Shown here: one piece after another, positions 57,130 to 64,000 of the stretch | Position numbering within the stretch: position 1 is the stretch's first letter | Layout: each line of letters starts with the position of its first letter | Assembly: GCA_026413945.1 (NCBI GenBank) | Contig: JAOAJX010000002.1 | Span: 21,437-85,436, forward strand | Source of the DNA: Candidatus Iainarchaeum sp. | Lineage (GTDB): Archaea; Iainarchaeota; Iainarchaeia; Iainarchaeales; DTGL01 | Length of the DNA: 64,000 bases | Direction: 5' to 3' | The notes under the pieces: generated by a model | The model's database searches: none | What the model was told of the DNA's origin: nothing | What the model saw: the letters and a program-made list of their open reading frames with translations, nothing else | Made by a program: the position numbers and the translations under genes

Positions 57130-58119
57130 TTGATAGACAAGAAAAAGCTGGAAAAAGCATACAAAGCTGACTTCAAAAAGTCAGTAGAGCTCAGGGGAGA
57201 AATTATAAGAGGACCTGATTTCAGTAAAGATTATGCTCTCAAGGATTTTGTTAGCGCATACAAAAACATTGGCTTTCAAGCAAGTCATCTTGCAGTTGCA
57301 TGCGAAATAATAAAAGAAATGCGCAAGGAAAAAGCAACAATATTCTTGGCCTATAATTCTAATATGGTGAGCTCAGGCCTTAGAGAAGTAATAGCATACC
57401 TCGTGCAAAAAAAGCTTGTACATGTTCTTGTGACAACCGCTGGTGGAGTAGAAGAAGACATTATAAAAACAATGAAGCCATTCTTGCTTGGAAGTTTTGG
57501 CCTTGAAGGCAAAAAGCTTCGTGAAAGAGGCATAAACCGAATAGGCAATATAATCGTGCCGAACAGCCGTTATATTGCATTTGAGAAGTTTATGCAGAAA
57601 TTTCTTGAAAAAATTTATAAAAAGCAGGTACAGCCAGGAAAGATCATTGGTGCGTCTGAATTTATCTATGAGCTCGGCAAAGAAGTAAAGGACAAGAATT
57701 CAATTTACTATTGGGCTACACGGAATAATATACCGTGCTTTTGCCCTGCGCTGACTGATGGCGCAATAGGTGACAACATATTTTTCTTTAAACAAAAAAG
57801 GCCTGATTTTAAGCTGGATGTCGCTGATGACATTGTAAAGCTAGGTTCAATAGCAATCAATGCTGAGAAAACAGGCATAATTGTTCTTGGCGGCGGCTTT
57901 GTAAAGCACCACGTATGCAATGCAAATCTTCTAAGAGACGGCGCAGAGTATGCTGTTTATATAACAACTGAAACTGAAGAAGGCGGCTCTGACAGCGGCG
58001 CAAGGCCTGACGAAGCAGTGAGTTGGGGAAAAATAAAGGCAAATGGCAGAATGGTAAAAGTTTATGGAGATGCAACGCTTATATTCCCTTTAGTAGTTGC
58101 TGGTTCCTTTGTAGATTAA
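57130..58119 (+). CDS. dys: deoxyhypusine synthase
   Basis: GFQAS, SNMVSSGLRE, TAGGVEED, NRIGN, GSDSGA..EAVSWGK; adjacent to aIF5A. Confidence 0.95.
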   Translation: MIDKKKLEKAYKADFKKSVELRGEIIRGPDFSKDYALKDFVSAYKNIGFQASHLAVACEIIKEMRKEKATIFLAYNSNMVSSGLREVIAYLVQKKLVHVLVTTAGGVEEDIIKTMKPFLLGSFGLEGKKLRERGINRIGNIIVPNSRYIAFEKFMQKFLEKIYKKQVQPGKIIGASEFIYELGKEVKDKNSIYYWATRNNIPCFCPALTDGAIGDNIFFFKQKRPDFKLDVADDIVKLGSIAINAEKTGIIVLGGGFVKHHVCNANLLRDGAEYAVYITTETEEGGSDSGARPDEAVSWGKIKANGRMVKVYGDATLIFPLVVAGSFVD

Positions 58120-58138
58120 AGCAAATTTTATGGGTGCT

Positions 58139-59401
58139 TTAAGCATTAGGGTTTATCACTCTGCCAACGAAAAGTATTGTACCTGTTTCCTTGTGCTGTA
58201 TCAGGAAAATGAAGGGGTGGTCAGCAACAAAGGTTATTTCAGGACGTGCTGAAGTTGCTTTCATAATTACTGCTGTTGCTGCTGCTGCTTCAGTGCCTTT
58301 TTCATCGACCTTTGCATAGGCCTGATGAATTACTTCTGAGATGTAAAGTTCTCTTTTTGGAGTCATACCAGTAAAATCTGCTGACCCACCAAAAGCGGTA
58401 TTTATGCCCATTTCTTTCAGAGTTTTAACCATGAAATACTTTGTGTTTATCTCAAACTTTGGAATCTCAATCAGAGCAAGCTTTGTTTTCTGCATCATTT
58501 TTTTGTACTCAGAAAGCTTTTCTTCTGTTAGGTTTTTCTCAACAGATGCAAGGTCTTTTTTTGGCAACAGTATAAGCATTGAAAGCTCTTCGCCACTGTA
58601 AGGTAGCTCAAGAAGCTGTAACTCTTCTGTTTCTGCATAGTTAAAATACTTGTCTTCTGGAGCCATGTGCATCATCTGAACCTTTACCTTTTTGTCCTGG
58701 CTCACTATAAAATCTGCTTCTATTGTGTCCTTCGGATCAAACTCCACGAGCCAAGTGCCTTTGAAATAAATGGCATTTGTGATAACCAATCTTGTCAATG
58801 GATCTAGAGAACCTATTGGAATAAGATCTTTTATTTTTCCATTTGTCTGCTCTTCTATAAAGCTATTTATTGTCTGCCTCGACTTTTCAGTATCATTTAT
58901 AAAGTCCAACTCTGCCGCTTTGCCGCCGTAATATTTTTCAACTAGGCTTAAGTAGTCCTTGATGAATGGATAATTCTTTTGTGTCCACAAAGCGTTGCCT
59001 GTGCGAAGCTCAAATGGCTTGCCTTTCGCATTTATCTTGTTGTAAATTGCCGCAAAATTGGGCCTGAGGATATTGCTTTGTGGCAAATGCAAAACTTTTT
59101 TCATTTCTTCTGCTGTCTGCCCTTTTGCGCCTTCATAGGTCATTGCAAGTGCAGAAGATATGCTGTAAGGCGAATAGAAAATATTTTCTTTTTCTTTTTC
59201 AGAGAATTTTGCATATAAGTCAAAAGCAAACTTGTTGTTGGCTCTTACAACCTCTTGAATGCCTTGTGCTGTTGAACTCGAATCATCCACTGTTGGCGGA
59301 TTTTTGGGCTCATAGGGGAATAAAAAAAGCAGCGCTGCTGCAAAAACAACAGATATTAAGAAAAGGCTTATTAAAACAATAAGAATATTTTTCTTTATCA
59401 T
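58139..59401 (-). CDS. serpin with N-terminal membrane anchor/signal
   Basis: NIFYSPYSI, NAIYFKGTW, hinge EKGTEAAAAT, FVADHPF. Confidence 0.95.
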   Translation of the reverse strand: MIKKNILIVLISLFLISVVFAAALLFLFPYEPKNPPTVDDSSSTAQGIQEVVRANNKFAFDLYAKFSEKEKENIFYSPYSISSALAMTYEGAKGQTAEEMKKVLHLPQSNILRPNFAAIYNKINAKGKPFELRTGNALWTQKNYPFIKDYLSLVEKYYGGKAAELDFINDTEKSRQTINSFIEEQTNGKIKDLIPIGSLDPLTRLVITNAIYFKGTWLVEFDPKDTIEADFIVSQDKKVKVQMMHMAPEDKYFNYAETEELQLLELPYSGEELSMLILLPKKDLASVEKNLTEEKLSEYKKMMQKTKLALIEIPKFEINTKYFMVKTLKEMGINTAFGGSADFTGMTPKRELYISEVIHQAYAKVDEKGTEAAAATAVIMKATSARPEITFVADHPFIFLIQHKETGTILFVGRVINPNA

Positions 59402-59494
59402 TTAGGACACCTAATTAAAAGTAGGCCATAGAATATAAAAAAGTAATTGAATTGTAAGGCATTTACCTTAATAAGGAATAGAAAAGGTTAAATA

Positions 59495-59935
59495 TTGCCT
59501 AAGTTTAATATTTTCATGGCTGAGGGCATTGGCAGGTTTGTGGAGCTTGTGATTGCAACAACTGTTGGCTCAATAGTAGGGGCATTTATTTCTAATGGCA
59601 TAGATCTAAGCATTAATACATTTGTAAGGGCTTTATTTGCGACATGCGCACTAATGATATTCTTTTTCTTAATGTGGCAAATAAGCAAAGGCATTGGCTC
59701 AAGAAAATCAGCAAGCGAGCGCTTCGGCGACAAAGAAAAGAAAGTTATAGGTGAGCCAAGCAAATTCACCTATGAGGAAAGCGAAGAAGGCATTGGTGGG
59801 GAAATACCTGAAGAAGAAGATTATGAAGAAGATTATGCTGAAAGCTATGGCGAGAAAGATTACGCAGAAGAAGCCGAAAATGAAAACTTGCAAAATTTCA
59901 GGGAAAAACTAAAAAAGATAAAAAAGAAAAAATAG
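59495..59935 (+). CDS. 2-TM protein with acidic cytoplasmic tail
   Basis: Two TMs, E/D/Y-rich tail, Lys-rich end. Confidence 0.6.
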   Translation: MPKFNIFMAEGIGRFVELVIATTVGSIVGAFISNGIDLSINTFVRALFATCALMIFFFLMWQISKGIGSRKSASERFGDKEKKVIGEPSKFTYEESEEGIGGEIPEEEDYEEDYAESYGEKDYAEEAENENLQNFREKLKKIKKKK

Positions 59936-59939
59936 TGCT

Positions 59940-60914
59940 TCATCTTGGAACAATTGGCGGTGAGCACTTTATTTCAAGTTGCTCTTTTAGTGTCTCGAGA
60001 ACAAGCTCGTATGCTCTAAACTCCCGCTTAGTATCCAAGAATTTTTCTATGCCAAAACCGCCAATCTTGGCTATCCTATATTTTATGAATGTTTCGTATG
60101 TCTGTTGTGCACTCTCTTGAACCTTTTTGTAAAGATCTGCAACCTTGTCAATTCTTGCAGTAGTCAAGGATTTATCAACGCAAAGTTGTTTCTCAGAACC
60201 AAAAGGATCTTCTCTAAGCTCGGCCTGAATTTTCTTTATGCTATCGCACATCAAAGCAATTTTTGGCTCTGTTTCTGATATCGCTAACTTTGCGTTTTTG
60301 AGCTTTAAAACCCCTTTTCCAAACTCGGTTGAAACATCAGCCTGCCTGGCATAGTTTTCTTTAGATGTAAGTGTTTCTATATATGCACTGGCTCTCTCAA
60401 GCTTTGTGATGAGCTTCTCTAAAGGCGCAAAGCCTTCTTTCAAGTTCTCAAAAGCATTACTGCATAAAAGGTTGTAGTCATTCATTTGGTCAGATGCCAA
60501 CTCAAGCTTTTTATATACGCCAGCTTTTTCAAGTTCAAGTGATGACTGAGCAGCATCGAGTGTTGCTGTCACGATATCAGCATATGTTTCAATTGCCTCG
60601 ATTTCGGGTGTTCTTTTATATTTTTTGAGGGTGCTCTTATAGTTTTCAATATCCCCCATTGCCTTCGTTATGTTGGAGACGTTTGTTGCGCCACATGAAA
60701 ATTTTTTAATATCTTCTAAGTTTATCTCATCTTTAAAATGGCTTTTGGAGTACTCTGGCAAGCTAAGGCCTGTGTCATAGACAATTTTGTCAATCTGCTT
60801 TTTGCCCTCGGCAAAGTCAAATGGCGCTTCTGGAGCCAAAATCTGAAAAAAAACAAGACAAAGAAGCACTGCAAAAGCAATGGCCAAAACAATAAGCACC
60901 AATTTTTTTTCCAT
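59940..60914 (-). CDS. N-terminally anchored helical extracellular protein
   Basis: MEKK + TM, helical body with scattered Cys. Confidence 0.65.
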   Translation of the reverse strand: MEKKLVLIVLAIAFAVLLCLVFFQILAPEAPFDFAEGKKQIDKIVYDTGLSLPEYSKSHFKDEINLEDIKKFSCGATNVSNITKAMGDIENYKSTLKKYKRTPEIEAIETYADIVTATLDAAQSSLELEKAGVYKKLELASDQMNDYNLLCSNAFENLKEGFAPLEKLITKLERASAYIETLTSKENYARQADVSTEFGKGVLKLKNAKLAISETEPKIALMCDSIKKIQAELREDPFGSEKQLCVDKSLTTARIDKVADLYKKVQESAQQTYETFIKYRIAKIGGFGIEKFLDTKREFRAYELVLETLKEQLEIKCSPPIVPR

Positions 60915-61057
60915 TAAAACCACCAAAATATTCAAGGCTGACTTGTTATTTTATTTGTATAACCTTATTTAAAAGGATTTCTATTTGCCATAAAACAAAA
61001 ATTTTTATACTACAATGCACTTAAGATTTAAAGCAAAAAATGTAAAATGGTGAGCAT

Positions 61058-64000
61058 ATGAAAGCGTTAAAGGTTTTTGTGGCAGTTATTTTGGTTTTTT
61101 TATTCTATTTCTGTTTTGCGGAAACAAGGGTATATCCTTACGTTGAAATGTCAGTAAAGCCAAAAGCAGTTGATGTGAATGAGCCAATGCTAATAACCAT
61201 AACTGGATATGATAATTATGACATTGAAATGATATCTCTTTACTATAACGGTGTGTGGCATGATTACGAATGCAAAGGCATACAAAAAGAGTGCTCAAAT
61301 ACTTGGGAAGTTAGGCAAAAAACACCTGGCTCATACCTTTATCACGCATACGCGATAGACAACGTTGGAATCTATACCCCAAAGTTGGTTTCTATAAGAG
61401 CCACGGTATATGAAGAAAGAGCAGACTATTTTGAGGCTGCTGTTGGAAATAAAAAAAGCATTGAAGTCAACAAAAAATTTGAAGAGGATGGTTATTATTA
61501 TTATGATTTAAATATTGGGAAACCAATATACAGCATGACAATTAAGGCAACAGTGAGATTTAGGCAAGAAAATGGCTATGCAAGGTTTGTGCTAAGGGGC
61601 AGTGATGGCAAAGAATACTTAATTTACGAGATATACCCGCTTGTTTCTAAGTACAATTATGTTGAGGTTTCTGGCATATGCGAAGAAACATGCGCTCTTA
61701 ATGGCATAATACCACAGACAATTAAAATTCAGAATGCTTATGCTGATGTGTACTTAAAAGAAATAAACTATGCCGAGTCTCCGGGACTAATAAGCGAAGG
61801 CGCGTATAAAGCATCTTTTGTAACACATGTCGAAAAACTCAAGCATGGCCAACAAATAGCAAAGATGGAAACTGCAAGTCAAAATATGAAAAATAAAGGT
61901 GCTTATTGGGTTGCAGGCATAACACAGCTTGCAATAACACCTTACCAAGAGAAGAAGAAGATTTTCGGTGGAGAAGTGCCTGTGTTCTATGGTGCTGAGT
62001 ATTCTCTATATGGCACATTCCAATTGCCTGAACCAAAAAGAGCTTGTGAATGCGCAGAGGATTCTGAATGCTCTGGAGGTCAAACATGCGATGGTTGCAA
62101 TTGCAAAAGCAATGAAGTAAAATGCGAAATAACAGATTATTACTGCGAAGGCGACGTTTTATACTGGAAGGACAGCTGTGGCAATAAAGGTATACAAAGC
62201 GATTGTGGTGCTGGTGGCGGGGTATGTGAAGGCAAAAACTGCGTTATAAAGCAACCCCCTTGCCAAAAAAAGACATGTGCAAGCTATTATGACGTAAAGT
62301 GTGGAACTTTAGACGATGGCTGCAATGGAACAATAACTTGTCCCAATAATTGCGGACCTGATAAAGAATGCCAAACAGTACTCGGCGAGGGGAATTGTAT
62401 ACCTAAAGCTGTGCAACCCAAGCCACCTGCTAATTGTCCTGGCTGCTATCAAACTGTTGAGGAGTGCAAAGCAGCAAATGGCGGAGGATTAACAAGCAGA
62501 TGCAAGTGCAAAGAAGGCGTTTACTGCGAATTTGATACAACATGCAATTGCTATAAGTATAGCTCCTGTACTGAGAGTGTTTGTGGTGGAGGCGGTTGTA
62601 CTCTAAAAAGCTGTGCAGTAGAATATAAAGGCAAATGCGGAACATTTCCAGATGGCTGCGGTGGGGAATTAAAATGTGAATGCCCATCTGGACAAACATG
62701 CAATAATGAAACAGGTCTATGTGAGGGCACACCCAGCGGAAACCAAGGTGGCGGCTCTGGTGGACAACAGCCAATCTGTGCAGATAGCGATGGTGGAAAG
62801 GATATATACACAAAGGGGGTTGTAGAATACAACGGAAATTATTATCCCGATATGTGCTCAAGCAGTGGCGGCATTATAGAGCACTATTGCGAAACCTCCG
62901 CATCTGGCTGTGACACTAACAGCGTTAAATATTACCAGTCAAGTTGCCCAACTGGCTATAGATGCATAGATGGTGCTTGCCAAAAGGATACTGGGCAACC
63001 AAGCACATGCACAGATAGTGATATGGGTAGAAATTATTACGTCAGAGGCACAACAACAGATCCAAAGGGATCTTATATAGATAAATGCTCAGCAGATGGC
63101 AAGACATTGTATGAGTATTATTGCGTATGGGACAACGCACAAATGGAAGAAAACCCGACACCTTACGACTATATTTGCAAAGACGGCGCATTTGTAGAGG
63201 CAAACCCATCTTCAAACTGCTCAGATAGCGATGGTGGAAGAGACATATACAAAAAAGGGACTGTAAACGAAAACGGAATTCTTTCAACTGATGAGTGCAC
63301 TTGTGGTGGAAGCAAAGTCAAAGAATATTCTTGCAGCAAGGGTAGAACAGTTGTTGCAGAGGAATACTGCCCAACAGGATATACATGCAAAGATGGTGCA
63401 TGTGTGCAAGGCTCTTCGCCAGAAGTGTGCAATGACAGCGACGGCGGAAAAAATTTCGATGCAAAGGGCACAGTAGTGTTTGGTGGACAAACATATGTTG
63501 ATTTTTGCAATGGAAGTGTTGTGAACGAACATTATTGCGAAAGCAACCAAGGGCGGTCTACAACATATAATTGTCCATATGGCTGCTCTGATGGTGCCTG
63601 TCTGAGCAGCAGTTATGGCAGTGGAACACGAGGAAAGTGCACAGATAGCGACGGTGGCATTAATGGTTTTGTAAGAGGAACTGTTGAATATCAATCCACC
63701 ATGGCCATAATATTAAGAGATTACTGCCAAGACAACAAAAGTGTCAAAGAATACTTCTGCCAAAATGACGAACCTCTGGAGACAATAGTACCTTGCCCAG
63801 ACATATGTGAGAATGGAGCGTGCAAAACCAGCAGTAGCAGTGGAAGTGGCAGTGGAACACGAGGAAAGTGCACAGATAGCGACGGTGGCATTAATGGTTT
63901 TGTAAGAGGAACTGTTGAATATCAATCCACCATGGCCATAATATTAAGAGATTACTGCCAAGACAACAAAAGTGTCAAAGAATACTTCTGCCAAAATGAC
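61058..64000 (+). CDS. very large secreted Cys-rich repeat protein (partial, runs off the window)
   Basis: GGTGA SD then ATG 61058; signal peptide MKALKVFVAVILVFLFYFCFA; frame open to window end (981 codons); six CxDSD(G/M)G repeats; absent from the ORF track because it has no stop. Confidence 0.85.
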   Translation, partial: MKALKVFVAVILVFLFYFCFAETRVYPYVEMSVKPKAVDVNEPMLITITGYDNYDIEMISLYYNGVWHDYECKGIQKECSNTWEVRQKTPGSYLYHAYAIDNVGIYTPKLVSIRATVYEERADYFEAAVGNKKSIEVNKKFEEDGYYYYDLNIGKPIYSMTIKATVRFRQENGYARFVLRGSDGKEYLIYEIYPLVSKYNYVEVSGICEETCALNGIIPQTIKIQNAYADVYLKEINYAESPGLISEGAYKASFVTHVEKLKHGQQIAKMETASQNMKNKGAYWVAGITQLAITPYQEKKKIFGGEVPVFYGAEYSLYGTFQLPEPKRACECAEDSECSGGQTCDGCNCKSNEVKCEITDYYCEGDVLYWKDSCGNKGIQSDCGAGGGVCEGKNCVIKQPPCQKKTCASYYDVKCGTLDDGCNGTITCPNNCGPDKECQTVLGEGNCIPKAVQPKPPANCPGCYQTVEECKAANGGGLTSRCKCKEGVYCEFDTTCNCYKYSSCTESVCGGGGCTLKSCAVEYKGKCGTFPDGCGGELKCECPSGQTCNNETGLCEGTPSGNQGGGSGGQQPICADSDGGKDIYTKGVVEYNGNYYPDMCSSSGGIIEHYCETSASGCDTNSVKYYQSSCPTGYRCIDGACQKDTGQPSTCTDSDMGRNYYVRGTTTDPKGSYIDKCSADGKTLYEYYCVWDNAQMEENPTPYDYICKDGAFVEANPSSNCSDSDGGRDIYKKGTVNENGILSTDECTCGGSKVKEYSCSKGRTVVAEEYCPTGYTCKDGACVQGSSPEVCNDSDGGKNFDAKGTVVFGGQTYVDFCNGSVVNEHYCESNQGRSTTYNCPYGCSDGACLSSSYGSGTRGKCTDSDGGINGFVRGTVEYQSTMAIILRDYCQDNKSVKEYFCQNDEPLETIVPCPDICENGACKTSSSSGSGSGTRGKCTDSDGGINGFVRGTVEYQSTMAIILRDYCQDNKSVKEYFCQND
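63616..64000 (+). repeat. 231-bp-period tandem duplication inside the CDS
   Basis: 63616-63769 is identical to 63847-64000 (154 bp visible). Confidence 0.9.

Noticed and set aside
61086-63925. Minus-strand ORFs in the last 3 kb, including two with the same MIFNSSSYK start
   Set aside because: They are antisense shadows of the large plus-strand repeat gene; the identical starts come from the 231-bp duplication
1-64000. CRISPR array, integrase, transposase or att-site duplications of the three tRNA 3' ends
   Set aside because: No regularly spaced repeats or recombinase motifs were seen, and no second copy of any tRNA 3' end was noticed

Overview
AT-rich, gene-dense archaeal chromosomal segment. 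It has TATA/BRE promoters, GGTGA-type SD sites, aIF5A/DHS, TYW1, FBP aldolase/phosphatase, geranylgeranyl reductase and CxDSDGG Cys-rich surface repeats. By inference it comes from a DPANN archaeon, possibly Diapherotrites/Iainarchaeota. It carries about 60 CDS, three intron-less tRNAs (Gln-TTG, Leu-TAG, Val-CAC), a purine/MTA salvage cluster, nucleotide-sugar and glycosylation genes, a PadR-linked ABC exporter operon and metal-homeostasis genes. There are also several large surface proteins, one of them a >980-aa ORF missed by the ORF track (61058 to window end). No CRISPR array, integrase or transposase was found. The best leads are: (1) a TATA-preceded ~75-nt structured RNA candidate at 29169-29244; (2) two Lys-rich micro-ORFs with strong SD sites (MAGCCGAKTKKGK; MAAKKKAKKK); (3) five dispersed orphan proteins with basic N-terminal leaders, including a tandem-HTH paralog pair and a Pol-beta nucleotidyltransferase, which could be substrates of an unknown export route; (4) an RHH-nucleotidyltransferase fusion with a candidate operator; (5) a shared RWAY(R/K)G cytoplasmic tail motif; (6) an AglB-like protein without WWDYG; (7) a C1-peptidase-prodomain-like region fused to Cys-rich repeats near a serpin. 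All family assignments come from motif recognition by eye; no database searches were run.
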